In this document: in pieces, positions 1 to 9,849 of the stretch
Position numbering within the stretch: the first letter of the stretch is position 1
Layout: the number at the start of each line of letters is the position of its first letter
Assembly: GCA_963675665.1 (NCBI GenBank)
Contig: OY776510.1
Coordinates: 2,912,001-2,976,000 of the forward strand
Length of the DNA: 64,000 bases
Direction of reading: 5' to 3'
From: Spirochaetia bacterium
GTDB taxonomy: Bacteria > Spirochaetota > Spirochaetia > UBA9216
Notes under the pieces: generated by a model
Seen by the model: the letters and a program-made list of their open reading frames with translations, nothing else
What the model was told of the DNA's origin: nothing
Database searches by the model: none
Program-made: the position numbers and the translations under genes

Positions 1-375
1 AGGACTGTTCAGAAGGACGGTATCAGGCATCTTCTGTGGAAGAGTTTCAGTGAGGGCTCCGGGCCGCCGCAATGGCTGGAACTTAAAAAGAGACCGGAAC
101 CATTGACGGAATCAGGAAAGCTGAGAGTAACCTCGGTTGTAAACGGAATATGCCCGGTAACGAACCTCGCGTATGAACGCGCAAAGGCTGTATCGGCGGA
201 ATTCGCGGATTCAGTTGAATTCAATGAAATATGGACCGATGATCCGTCAATAATGAATGAGTGGGGAGTTTCGGACCTGCTGATTATCGGAAGCAGGGTA
301 ATCGCCCTGGGTCCGCCTCTTCCGAAGGAGAAGATCCGCAAGGCTGTAAAAAAACAGCTCAGGAAGGACCTTTGA
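1..375 (+). CDS. C-terminal part of a probable GNAT-family acetyltransferase with a thioredoxin-like tail (5' end outside the window)
   Basis: Frame 1 is open from base 1 (RTVQKDGIRHLLWKSF...NGICP...ERAK...EWGVSD...GPP). It resembles the C-terminus of a GNAT subfamily; the GNAT core itself is not visible. Confidence 0.5.
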   Translation, partial: RTVQKDGIRHLLWKSFSEGSGPPQWLELKKRPEPLTESGKLRVTSVVNGICPVTNLAYERAKAVSAEFADSVEFNEIWTDDPSIMNEWGVSDLLIIGSRVIALGPPLPKEKIRKAVKKQLRKDL

Positions 376-1981
376 CAATCTTTCCGGCTGAAACAGTCAT
401 ATAAATGCCAGCTCTGCGGATTTCTTCGGGTTCCATCCTGAACAGGTTGCCGTCTATTACTGCAATGTCGGCGGCAAATCCCGGCAGAAGCTTTCCGGTC
501 AGGTTTTCGGCGTACATCTGTGTTGAAGAACCTGCCGTATACAGCGTCAGGGATTCCTCGACATTAAGTTTTTCTTCAGGGTTCCAGCCGCCTGCCGGGC
601 GCCTGTCTTCATGCAGCCTGCTGACCGCGCGGTAAATTCCCTGCATCGGGTTCAGCGGTGAAACCGGATAGTCTGTCCCGAAAGCCATTTCAGCGCCGCT
701 GTCAAGAATTGACCTGAACGGCCATGCCCACCGGCAGCGTTCACTGCCGAGGATACTGTGAAACGGATGTCCGGCGAATGTGTCGCTCCATAAATGGTCG
801 GGCTGCACCGAAGCGGTGATTCCGAGGCTGCTGAAACGGGGAATATCGTCCGGATGTATATTTTCGATATGTTCTATAGTGTGTCTTGTGTCGTTGAAGC
901 CGTTTTTTTTCCTGACTTTTTCGAATATGTCCAGACCCAGCCTGACAGCGCCTGCGCCGCATGCATGAAAGCGTATTCTGATTCCTTCCCGGTCAAGCAG
1001 GATTGCACGGTTGATTGTCTTTTCTATATCTACCAGAGGTTCCGCATTAAACCCGGGCCTGTCGGTATACGGTTCAACAAGTACGCCGGTGTGCATGGAC
1101 GCTGTGCCGTCAAGAAATTCCTTGACGCCGCTGAAACGCAGAAAATCCGAATCATACCGGCGGCGAAGTTCAAACAGCTCTTCAATATCGGTATTCATCG
1201 GAAAGACCGGATAAATACGGCAGCTCAGTTTTTTTTCATCCAGCAGTTTTTTATAGGTTTCGCAGTTAAGGGAATTAAAAATCTGAATGTCGCTGATTGA
1301 GGTTATTCCGTAATCAGCAGCGGTTTCAAGCAGGCTTTTGTACAATCCCTCTTCTGTCTCCTGATCCACTTTAAAAGCAGCCGTGAAAACAGGTTTCATC
1401 GCGTCCGGTTCAAGCAGATAACCCGTCGGTTCTCCGTCGTCTCCAGTGAATATTTTCCCGAGTTCGGGCTGTGGAGTATTTTTTGTAATTCCGGATGCAT
1501 GTAGCGCCGCGCTGTTAAGCCATGCGCTGTGCATTTCCTCGTTGAAAAGACACACGGGAGTATTGCCGAAACGGTTGTCAAGAGAATGCCTGTCAGGCAG
1601 TGTTTTCTCCGACCAGTTGTAGTTATTCCAACCGAACCCTGTCAGCCATTCGGTACCTCTTTCGGCCTTTTCTCCGGAACCGGAAAGATAAAACGAAGCT
1701 GTCTTTTCAACACAATCCCGCTCCGAAAGACATCCTGTCAGATCTACAGACCGGGCCTGAATACTACCGAGAAATCCGTGGATATGGCTGTCGCAAAAAC
1801 CGGGAATTATCAGCCGGTCTCCGCAGTCTATAACTGTTCGGCAGGAAGAATACTCTTCAGCCGAGGGTTCGCGGCGGTGAACCGCACTTATTATTCCGTT
1901 GGATATGATTATAGTTCCGGAAAATACGTCCGTTCCGTCTGATGCAAAAATGTTACGGCTTGCAAGAAGAATATTATTCAT
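359..1981 (-). CDS. Metal-dependent amidohydrolase (amidohydrolase_3 / YtcJ-like)
   Basis: PGFCDSHIH, HACG, RHTIEHIE and FGTDYP motifs; 540 aa. Confidence 0.9.
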   Translation of the reverse strand: MNNILLASRNIFASDGTDVFSGTIIISNGIISAVHRREPSAEEYSSCRTVIDCGDRLIIPGFCDSHIHGFLGSIQARSVDLTGCLSERDCVEKTASFYLSGSGEKAERGTEWLTGFGWNNYNWSEKTLPDRHSLDNRFGNTPVCLFNEEMHSAWLNSAALHASGITKNTPQPELGKIFTGDDGEPTGYLLEPDAMKPVFTAAFKVDQETEEGLYKSLLETAADYGITSISDIQIFNSLNCETYKKLLDEKKLSCRIYPVFPMNTDIEELFELRRRYDSDFLRFSGVKEFLDGTASMHTGVLVEPYTDRPGFNAEPLVDIEKTINRAILLDREGIRIRFHACGAGAVRLGLDIFEKVRKKNGFNDTRHTIEHIENIHPDDIPRFSSLGITASVQPDHLWSDTFAGHPFHSILGSERCRWAWPFRSILDSGAEMAFGTDYPVSPLNPMQGIYRAVSRLHEDRRPAGGWNPEEKLNVEESLTLYTAGSSTQMYAENLTGKLLPGFAADIAVIDGNLFRMEPEEIRRAGIYMTVSAGKIVKGPS

Positions 1982-2558
1982 CAGGGGTTATCGCAGCCGG
2001 CATAAGCAAACCGCTGTTCTTCAGGCTGCCAAGATTGTAAAATGCTGCAAGTTCGGTAATTTTTTCGGGTGAAACAAATGCTTCGAGATTATCAGCTTCA
2101 ACATGAATCCAGCCCGGAGGTGTTCCCCGTTTCATAATGCAATCCTCTGATTTATACCAGCCATGTTTCAATTCAGCGGCTGTTATCATCACTTCGTCGG
2201 AAATAACGATTTTACATTCCGAAGATGTACGAATATAACCGGAATTGTCCCAGAGATGAACAATGGGACGATAATCAAAGATCGCACCGTTGATAATTAT
2301 TCTGCTGAAGACCGCCGGGATTTCAGAATATCTGAAAAAAAGCCGGCTGACGGACCCTTCGCTTCTGCTGCCTTCATGGGTTATTTCAGTTTCATAGGCC
2401 CAGCCGTCAGGCAGTTTGACGGTTGCGGATTCATTTTGATTGTCGCATTCCTGTACATCGACTACTGAATCATTTTCCTGTTTGCCAAGTGAGCTACAGC
2501 CTGATAATACGAATGTAAAAAAAACGAAAATAAAGATAAAGCCGGCAAAATTCTTCAT
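1974..2558 (-). CDS. Hypothetical lipoprotein
   Basis: Hydrophobic signal peptide with lipobox LSGC; overlaps the amidohydrolase start, so probably one operon. Confidence 0.7.
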   Translation of the reverse strand: MKNFAGFIFIFVFFTFVLSGCSSLGKQENDSVVDVQECDNQNESATVKLPDGWAYETEITHEGSRSEGSVSRLFFRYSEIPAVFSRIIINGAIFDYRPIVHLWDNSGYIRTSSECKIVISDEVMITAAELKHGWYKSEDCIMKRGTPPGWIHVEADNLEAFVSPEKITELAAFYNLGSLKNSGLLMPAAITPDE

Positions 2559-2656
2559 ACGAATAATAATATCAGAATAAGAGCCGGAACGGAACCTGTT
2601 AAAACCTGAAAAAATACATTGTTGTTTGTCTTTGCTTTTTAATCTATAATAAACCG

Positions 2657-3502
2657 ATGAATCTGAATCTGTCCGGCGGAAAACCGCTTACAGTAAAACG
2701 TAAAGCTTTTGTTATGGGAATACTGAATGCTACGCCTGATTCTTTCTATTCCGAAAGCAGAAAACCTGCGCTTAATGATGGAATTGACGCGGCAAGGAAA
2801 ATGATTGAAGAAGGCGCTGATATAATTGATATCGGCGGCGAATCTACACGGCCCGGTTCCAGCTATATCGATGCAGGGGAAGAAATTAACCGGGTGGTGC
2901 CTCTTGTGGAAGCCGTTCGTCAGTTTTCCGACATTGTTATTTCCGTCGATACGCGAAAGGCTGCGGTAGCAGAGGCCGCTGTCAAGGCAGGAGCGGACAT
3001 CATCAATGATGTATCCGGAATGCGGGATGATCCGGAGATCGGTTTTATTGCTTCGCAGTATGAAGTTCCGGTTGTGCTGATGCATATCAGGGGAACTCCC
3101 GAAACGATGCAGCTTAACCCGCATTATACGGATACTGTAGAAGAGATAATAGACGAACTTGAATTATGCATAAGCCGTGCAAAAAGTTTCGGCATTGGTC
3201 CCGGGAAGATTATTCTCGATCCGGGAATAGGTTTTGGAAAAAGGCTTGAAGACAATCTGATGATTATGAAAAATCTGGATCGTTTTGTGTCGCTGGGTTA
3301 TCCTCTGCTTATAGGTCTTTCACGGAAATCGTTTATCGGGACAATTACCGGAACTGAAGTTCAGGATCGTCTTGCAGGCAGTATTGCAGCAAATATGTAT
3401 TCGGTAATGAACGGTGCGCAGATATTGAGGGTTCATGACGTAAAAGAAACAGTATCCATGCTTGATATCCTTTCGGCAATTGAAGGAGCCGGGAAAATAT
3501 GA
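2657..3502 (+). CDS. folP: Dihydropteroate synthase
   Basis: MGILNATPDSF, DIGGESTRPG, DPGIGFGK, SRKSF and RVHDV motifs. Confidence 0.97.
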   Translation: MNLNLSGGKPLTVKRKAFVMGILNATPDSFYSESRKPALNDGIDAARKMIEEGADIIDIGGESTRPGSSYIDAGEEINRVVPLVEAVRQFSDIVISVDTRKAAVAEAAVKAGADIINDVSGMRDDPEIGFIASQYEVPVVLMHIRGTPETMQLNPHYTDTVEEIIDELELCISRAKSFGIGPGKIILDPGIGFGKRLEDNLMIMKNLDRFVSLGYPLLIGLSRKSFIGTITGTEVQDRLAGSIAANMYSVMNGAQILRVHDVKETVSMLDILSAIEGAGKI

Positions 3503-4299
3503 GTTTTTTGAATGAATTCTGGGTTTTCAGCCAGATAATCAGACCTGTTCTCGACATAGCTATTCTTTCATTCCTGATTTACCAGCTGTATAAAATACTG
3601 ATTCAGACAAGGGCACTTCAGCTTCTTAAAGGCGCAATAATCATTGTTGTAATTTATGCAGCCGCCTATATTCTGGAGCTGGATACGCTTCGATGGATTA
3701 TGAATGCGCTGGCTACGGTTATAGTTATAGTTATAGCTGTAGTTTTCCAGCCGGAACTTCGAAGTATATTTACAAAAATAGGTCAGCGCGACTGGTTTAA
3801 ATCAAGCTCAGGGGCCCGCCCCCGTCAGATAGAATCGGTTTTAAACGCTGTTGATGTTCTTGCCGGCCGGCGCCGGGGCGCATTGATAGTATTCTCAAGG
3901 AAGATGGGGCTTAAAAATATTATCGATACCGGAACAATGCTTGACGCCGAACTTTCATCAAGCCTGATTTTAACCATGTTCAGTTATGATACTCCGCTTC
4001 ACGACGGAGCAGTCATAATTCTGAACGGAAGAATCCATTCGGCAGGATGTTTCCTGCCGCTGTCCGAGCAGACCGATATCAGGCGATCGTTCGGCACACG
4101 TCACAGAGCCGCTCTCGGGCTTGCAGAAGAGACTGATGCGGTTGTGCTTATTGTTTCAGAGGAGACAGGAGCTATTTCTCTTGCCTATGACGCCAATCTT
4201 TTTTATGATCTCTCAATTGAGGAAACAAGGCGGAAACTGAAGTATCTGCTTAACTCAAGAGAAGAAACAGCAGCAGCGGAGGAGAGCAGCTTTGCCTAA
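3499..4299 (+). CDS. cdaA: Diadenylate cyclase CdaA
   Basis: Three N-terminal TM helices, HDGA and GTRHRAA DAC motifs. Confidence 0.95.
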   Translation: MSFLNEFWVFSQIIRPVLDIAILSFLIYQLYKILIQTRALQLLKGAIIIVVIYAAAYILELDTLRWIMNALATVIVIVIAVVFQPELRSIFTKIGQRDWFKSSSGARPRQIESVLNAVDVLAGRRRGALIVFSRKMGLKNIIDTGTMLDAELSSSLILTMFSYDTPLHDGAVIILNGRIHSAGCFLPLSEQTDIRRSFGTRHRAALGLAEETDAVVLIVSEETGAISLAYDANLFYDLSIEETRRKLKYLLNSREETAAAEESSFA

Positions 4300-5239
4300 C
4301 GGATTTTCCCAGATTATTCAACGGAACTGGCCTGCAAAAATTATTTCCGTCGCAGCAGCAGTTGTCCTGTTTCTGTTTTACAGGGCAACAAGCCTGGAGG
4401 AACGATTTTTTTCGGTGCCCCTTAATATTATCATCAATGAAAGCTATGCCGTAGCTTCGTCGGTTCCTTCAAGCGTAAAGGTCACTCTCAGAGGTTCGGA
4501 AGAGAGTATCTTTCTGATACTGGAAAATGATATTGAGGTGTATGCGGACTTTTCCGATCACAGCTCGGAAGGCCAGTTCAGAGAACCTTTGAAGTTTGTG
4601 AAAACAGGTTCGGCACAGAATATTGAAGAGCTGGAAATAAGGCTTGAACCTGCAGATCTGATGCTTGAACTTGAACGTAAAATCTCGCGTTCGGTTAAAA
4701 TACAGCCGCAGCTGACAGGCTATCCTGAAAAAGGTTATGAACTGGATCAGTACCTTCTGAGTACCGACGAAGTGATCGTTGAAGGACCCGAAAGCCATAT
4801 TGAGCAGCTTGCGTTCATTCCTACCGAAGATATTAATCTTGACGGACTGAATGAGGATTTTTATGTCAGAACCAGGTTTGATATACAGGACCCGTACCTG
4901 TCGTTTCCATCCGGGGATACTGTCGGGTTTCAGGGAGTAATAACTGAAATAGTTATAATAAAAACATTTGAGGATATCGGTCTGATCTATATCGATCTTC
5001 CTCCTGATTTGGATGTAAAAACCCCGGATGTTAAAGGCAGTATAAAAGCACAGGGGAAACAGCTTATGTTTGAATCTACGGCTACTGATGATTTTTCCCT
5101 TATCGCCGACTGTTCAGACATTGCCGGGCCGGGCGAACATGAGGTTGATGTAATGCCTATCGTCCCGGCAGGTACTGCCGTCCTGAGATACACTCCGGAT
5201 AAGGTAACAGTAGTCGTTCAGGATGCGGGCGGGTTTTAA
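4292..5239 (+). CDS. cdaR: CdaR / YbbR-like regulator of CdaA
   Basis: NWPAKIIS membrane anchor, YbbR-like repeats, directly follows cdaA; TTG start. Confidence 0.85.
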   Translation: MPNGFSQIIQRNWPAKIISVAAAVVLFLFYRATSLEERFFSVPLNIIINESYAVASSVPSSVKVTLRGSEESIFLILENDIEVYADFSDHSSEGQFREPLKFVKTGSAQNIEELEIRLEPADLMLELERKISRSVKIQPQLTGYPEKGYELDQYLLSTDEVIVEGPESHIEQLAFIPTEDINLDGLNEDFYVRTRFDIQDPYLSFPSGDTVGFQGVITEIVIIKTFEDIGLIYIDLPPDLDVKTPDVKGSIKAQGKQLMFESTATDDFSLIADCSDIAGPGEHEVDVMPIVPAGTAVLRYTPDKVTVVVQDAGGF

Positions 5240-5610
5240 TGATAATAGGAATCGGGGTTGATATTGTACATGTCGACAGAATTGAACACTGGATTAAAAT
5301 GCCCGGATTAATCGAACGTTATTTTCATCCTATGGAGATAAAAGACGCAGACGCAAGAAAAACTTCAAGAAGTCTATCTCTTGCAGCAAGATTTGCTGCC
5401 AAGGAAGCTCTTGGAAAGGCTTTGGGGACCGGATTGAAAGGAATTAAGCTCAAAGATATTCAGGTTGTATCAAATCATAACGGTAAACCTGATATCCTGG
5501 TTCACGGCACAGCAAAGGCAGTTTTTGAAAGATCCGGGGCGGCTGATATATTTGTATCAATGACACATGAGCGTGATAATGCAGTTGCGGTAGTAGTATT
5601 GGAGAAATAA
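5239..5610 (+). CDS. acpS: Holo-[acyl-carrier-protein] synthase
   Basis: GIGVDIV, ARFAAKEA and SMTHE motifs. Confidence 0.95.
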   Translation: MIIGIGVDIVHVDRIEHWIKMPGLIERYFHPMEIKDADARKTSRSLSLAARFAAKEALGKALGTGLKGIKLKDIQVVSNHNGKPDILVHGTAKAVFERSGAADIFVSMTHERDNAVAVVVLEK

Positions 5611-5611
5611 A

Positions 5612-6460
5612 ATGGCTGAAAGCGAAAGCAAAATTACATTCTGGTCAAAAAAAGAGATTAAATGTCCTGTTTGTGAAAGCGGGTTTAAACGTGAAGAATT
5701 ACTTACGGGTCGCGGAAGGCTTATTGCCGGAACGCTGACGGGAGAACTTCGCAGGCTTTATGAGCCGTCTCAGAAATACGGCGATGTGTGCCCTCTTGTT
5801 TATCCGATAACAGTCTGTCCCGAATGTTATTTTGCCGCTTTTCAGCAGGATTTTGAATCAGTTCCTCAGGAAGTAATCGGGCCTGTACAAAATGAGAGCG
5901 AATCGAGAAAAGCCAGTATTGCCAAGATTCTGCCTGATATAGATTTTAATCAGAACAGGGGATTGAAAGAAGGCGCTGCAAGCTATTATCTTGCAATAAG
6001 CTGTTATGAGCATTTTCCGTCGTATCTGTCGCCCACAATTAAAAGGGGCATCTCCGCACTGAGGGCCGCATGGATCTTCAATGATCTTCAGCGCATGTAT
6101 CCAAACGAGAATTATGATTACTGTGCAAGGATTTTTTATTATAAAGCGCAGTTTTTTTACGGTCTCGCTGTTGAATACGAACAGGACGGAACCGAAAGCC
6201 TGGCGGAAGTTCCGCACCTTGGCCCGGATCTTGACAAAAACTATGCCCACGACGGTGTTTTTTATCTGGGCGGTCTGCTTGAGTTTAAATACGGCGATAA
6301 AAGTGATCCTGAAATGAGAAAAAAACGGCTTGAGTTTGCAAAACGCGCGGTAGCCAGGCTGTTCGGAATGGGCAAAGCGTCAAAAAGCAAGCCTTCAGCC
6401 CTGCTGGATAATGCCCGCGAGCTTTATGAGGAGATGTCGGCAGAGTCGAATGAAAGCTGA
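5612..6460 (+). CDS. DUF2225-family protein
   Basis: CPVC...CPEC zinc-ribbon motifs followed by helical repeats; typical spirochaete position between acpS and truA. Confidence 0.75.
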   Translation: MAESESKITFWSKKEIKCPVCESGFKREELLTGRGRLIAGTLTGELRRLYEPSQKYGDVCPLVYPITVCPECYFAAFQQDFESVPQEVIGPVQNESESRKASIAKILPDIDFNQNRGLKEGAASYYLAISCYEHFPSYLSPTIKRGISALRAAWIFNDLQRMYPNENYDYCARIFYYKAQFFYGLAVEYEQDGTESLAEVPHLGPDLDKNYAHDGVFYLGGLLEFKYGDKSDPEMRKKRLEFAKRAVARLFGMGKASKSKPSALLDNARELYEEMSAESNES

Positions 6461-6466
6461 CGGCAG

Positions 6467-7207
6467 ATGAATCGTAACATAAAACTGGTAATTGCCTACG
6501 ACGGAACTGATTTCTGCGGCTGGCAGGTTCAGAATAACGGAAGAACAGTACAGGGAGATATCGAAGCTGCGCTTAAAAAGATACATGGAACTGAAATAAG
6601 GCTTACAGGTTCAGGCCGTACCGATTCGGGAGTACACGCCAACGGACAGGTTGCGAATTTTTATACTACGACGAACATCCCTGCTGAGAAGTTTACACCG
6701 GCCCTGAATTCGATGCTGGCCTCCGATGTCCGGGTGATGAAAAGCAGCGGGGTGTCCGAAGATTTTCATTCGAGATTTGATGCAAAAAAGCGGATTTACC
6801 GTTATTATATAAAACCGGGCGGAATCTGCGAACCCAGGCATACCCGCTATTGCTGGAGACTCAGAAACCGGCCCGATACAGGCAGGTTGAACAGCTTAGC
6901 ATCCCCGTTGATCGGGATACATGATTTTACGGCATTTACAGCCGTTGGTGATCCCAGCAACTCAAGGGTTCGCGAACTGTATACCGCTTCATTTACCATG
7001 GAAGGACAGTTTATTGTCTTTGAGATTGCAGGCAATGCTTTTCTGTGGAAGATGGTGCGGAGCATTGTAGGTACGCTGATTCAGCTTGAATCGGACGGGG
7101 GCGGACCTGAACAGATGCGTGAAATTCTGGTCAGCATGGACCGCGGACGAGTCGGCGCTACGGCCCCGGCGCATGGACTTTTTCTTGACAGGATAATATA
7201 TGAATAA
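6467..7207 (+). CDS. truA: tRNA pseudouridine(38-40) synthase
   Basis: YDGTDFCGWQ, GRTDSGVHA and FLWKMVR motifs. Confidence 0.96.
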   Translation: MNRNIKLVIAYDGTDFCGWQVQNNGRTVQGDIEAALKKIHGTEIRLTGSGRTDSGVHANGQVANFYTTTNIPAEKFTPALNSMLASDVRVMKSSGVSEDFHSRFDAKKRIYRYYIKPGGICEPRHTRYCWRLRNRPDTGRLNSLASPLIGIHDFTAFTAVGDPSNSRVRELYTASFTMEGQFIVFEIAGNAFLWKMVRSIVGTLIQLESDGGGPEQMREILVSMDRGRVGATAPAHGLFLDRIIYE

Positions 7208-7889
7208 AAAACAGTTATCTGAAATAATCGATATAATCAACGACACTGAAGATATGATGAACGACGGCTGGAAAACAGTTCACCGGAAGATTGAAATATC
7301 CGAAGCCCAACCTGCCGGAAGGGAAGCCGGAAGCGAAACTGATACGCTCGAAGCAGTAGCAGCAGAAATAGCAGCCTGCACTGCCTGCGGACTCTGTTCA
7401 ACCAGGAAGATACCGGTTCCGGGGGCCGGTGTAATTAATCCCGGGGTGATGTTTATCGGGGAAGGTCCGGGCGCGGAAGAGGACAGGACCGGCATACCTT
7501 TTGTAGGCAAGGCCGGGCAGTACCTGGATAAATGGCTGGCCGCAATTGATCTGAACCGCAGTGAAAACTGTTTTATTGGTAATATAATAAAGTGCCGGCC
7601 GCCGAACAACCGCGACCCCCATCCGGATGAAATATCCGCCTGCAGGCCCTTTCTGACACGGCAGCTGAAGATCATTAAACCTAAAATAATCATTACCCTG
7701 GGCAGGTTTGCATCCCAGGTGATTTGCAACAGCGAGGAAGGTATTGGACGGCTGCGGGGGAAAACTCACCGTTATGAGGGAATACCGGTTGTGCCTACCT
7801 ATCACCCGAGCGCTGTTTTGCGCAACCCTGATTTGCGTAGCGCCGTCTGGGACGACCTTAAAAGGGCGAAAGTTCTGCTTGATGAGTAA
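7200..7889 (+). CDS. Family 4 uracil-DNA glycosylase (4Fe-4S)
   Basis: CxxCxLC, GEGPG, KCRPPNNR and TYHPS motifs. Confidence 0.92.
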   Translation: MNKKQLSEIIDIINDTEDMMNDGWKTVHRKIEISEAQPAGREAGSETDTLEAVAAEIAACTACGLCSTRKIPVPGAGVINPGVMFIGEGPGAEEDRTGIPFVGKAGQYLDKWLAAIDLNRSENCFIGNIIKCRPPNNRDPHPDEISACRPFLTRQLKIIKPKIIITLGRFASQVICNSEEGIGRLRGKTHRYEGIPVVPTYHPSAVLRNPDLRSAVWDDLKRAKVLLDE

Positions 7890-9843
7890 ATATATTGAAC
7901 TTGTATTTAATTCCCCGGCGCCCGGGCGCTATATGTACGAAGTTCCGGAAGGTATGGATGCCGTAACCGGGATGAGAGTCAGCGCTCCGTTCGGCAGCCG
8001 TAAAATGACCGGTTTTGTTGTAGCAGACGATGTTGACCCCGGGGAGACTGAATTTACCATTAAGACCATAGAACGGGCTATAGACAAGGTGCCGCTGTAC
8101 GGCAGCCGGGAAGTCTCTCTTGCCAACTGGCTTGCAGATATGTATTACTGTACCGAAGGCGAAGCGCTGGCGACGATGCTCCCCGGCGGCCGCCGCGAAA
8201 GCAAAACCCCTGCATTTGAAGATTTCGAGCTGCCGCCGGCAGGTGAAATAACGCTTTCGGACGAGCAGGTAAAAGCCGTGAACGGAATCCTCGGCGGAAG
8301 CGACATCATGTATTATCTTTACGGCATTACGGGATCAGGAAAAACGGAAGTTTTTCTTCAGATCGCCGACAGGGTTATGGACAACGGCGGCGGGGTTATA
8401 TACCTGGTTCCCGAGATTTCGCTGACACATCAGCTGACCGATGAGGTCAGACGACGCTTCGGAACCGGGGTTGCAGTGCTGCACTCGGCTCTGACGCCTT
8501 CCCAGAAGCTTGTAGAATGGCAGCGGATAAGAAGCGGTGAAGCCCGCTTTGTTATAGGCGCCCGTAGCGCGGTCTTTGCGCCGGTGCCTGAGCTGGGGCT
8601 AATAATTATAGATGAAGAACATGAAAACGCCTACAAATCGGGCAGCAAGCCGCGATACCACGCCAGGCAGGTGGCCATGCACAGGGCGGCTGAATCAGGT
8701 GCAAAAATCATAATGGGAAGCGCTACGCCGTCGCTTGAAGCGTGGCACCTTGTACGCAGCGGCCGTATCTCAGGCTTTGAGCTTGGCCGGCGGCTTTCGG
8801 GCGGCGCTGTGCCTTCAATCGAACTCATCGACATGAAGAAATATTCCGGCTGCATATCCGCCCCGCTGGAAGCGGCTATCCGTGAAACTGCTGAGGAAGG
8901 AAGGCAGACAATTCTGTTTTTAAACCGTCGCGGGTTTTCATACTTTTTTCACTGCAGAAGCTGCGGCTACGAATCAAGGTGCCGTAACTGCTCTGTTTCG
9001 CTGACCTATCATCGTCACCGGAACAGGCTGATTTGTCATTACTGCGGTTATTCGGAAGAGCCGAAAAACGTATGTCCCGAATGCGGGTCTCTTGATGTAG
9101 GTTATTCCGGTTTCGGTACCGAAATGATTGAGAATGAGCTTGAAACCCTGTTCCCGGATCTCAGAATTGAGCGTGTTGATACGGATTCTGTAAAACAGAA
9201 AGGCAGTCTGAAAGACCGGCTTGAAAGGTTTAAAAACAGAGAAATAGATATTCTGCTGGGTACCCAGATGGTTGCAAAAGGGCTTAATTTTCCGGGAGTG
9301 AAGCTTGTAGGCATTGTGCTTGCTGATACGGGCCTCCATCTGCCTGATTTCAGGGCGCATGAGCGTACATTCAACCTCATTGTTCAGGTTGCCGGGCGGG
9401 CCGGGCGGTTTTTTCCGGACGGCAGGGTGCTTATCCAGACCTACAAACCGGAAAACGAGGCCGTAAAAATGGCTGCAATCGGAACATTGGAACAATTTTA
9501 TGAAAGGGAACTCGAAATCAGAAAAGCATTGGCTTTCCCTCCGTTCGGCAGGCTGTTCCGGCTGGTTTTCCGGGGGAAAAACGCCGAACGTACAGCGGCA
9601 GCGGCGGAAGCTTTTGCTTCCAGGTTTGATACCGAATCTCTGCCTGATTCTACGTCGACTGAAATACTCGGGCCGGCTGAATGCCCTTTGTCGATGATCT
9701 CCGGTAATTACAGGTTTCAGATTATCATCAGGACTGATGATTTCAAGTTGATGCATTCGCTTTTTCGGGGAGCGCTGAACCAGTATGTCCCTCCAGCGGG
9801 TGTTTATCTTGAAGCCGATGTAGATCCTGTGAGTCTGCTGTAA
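7882..9843 (+). CDS. priA: Primosomal protein N' (replication restart helicase)
   Basis: GITGSGKT, DEEH, Cys-rich zinc region, GTQMVAKG and QVAGRAGR. Start moved to ATG 7882, which overlaps the UDG end. Confidence 0.95.
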   Translation: MSKYIELVFNSPAPGRYMYEVPEGMDAVTGMRVSAPFGSRKMTGFVVADDVDPGETEFTIKTIERAIDKVPLYGSREVSLANWLADMYYCTEGEALATMLPGGRRESKTPAFEDFELPPAGEITLSDEQVKAVNGILGGSDIMYYLYGITGSGKTEVFLQIADRVMDNGGGVIYLVPEISLTHQLTDEVRRRFGTGVAVLHSALTPSQKLVEWQRIRSGEARFVIGARSAVFAPVPELGLIIIDEEHENAYKSGSKPRYHARQVAMHRAAESGAKIIMGSATPSLEAWHLVRSGRISGFELGRRLSGGAVPSIELIDMKKYSGCISAPLEAAIRETAEEGRQTILFLNRRGFSYFFHCRSCGYESRCRNCSVSLTYHRHRNRLICHYCGYSEEPKNVCPECGSLDVGYSGFGTEMIENELETLFPDLRIERVDTDSVKQKGSLKDRLERFKNREIDILLGTQMVAKGLNFPGVKLVGIVLADTGLHLPDFRAHERTFNLIVQVAGRAGRFFPDGRVLIQTYKPENEAVKMAAIGTLEQFYERELEIRKALAFPPFGRLFRLVFRGKNAERTAAAAEAFASRFDTESLPDSTSTEILGPAECPLSMISGNYRFQIIIRTDDFKLMHSLFRGALNQYVPPAGVYLEADVDPVSLL

Positions 9844-9849
9844 GCACTG

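Noticed and set aside
3499-5610. cdaA-cdaR-acpS as a novel signalling or defence system
   Set aside because: This is the ordinary housekeeping c-di-AMP module in its usual spirochaete context.
7744-7881. Long N-terminal extension of priA from the ORF track (similar extensions at 24592, 44231, 45287, 57492 and 59152)
   Set aside because: They overlap neighbouring genes or promoters; downstream starts fit RBS or promoter position and family N-termini better.
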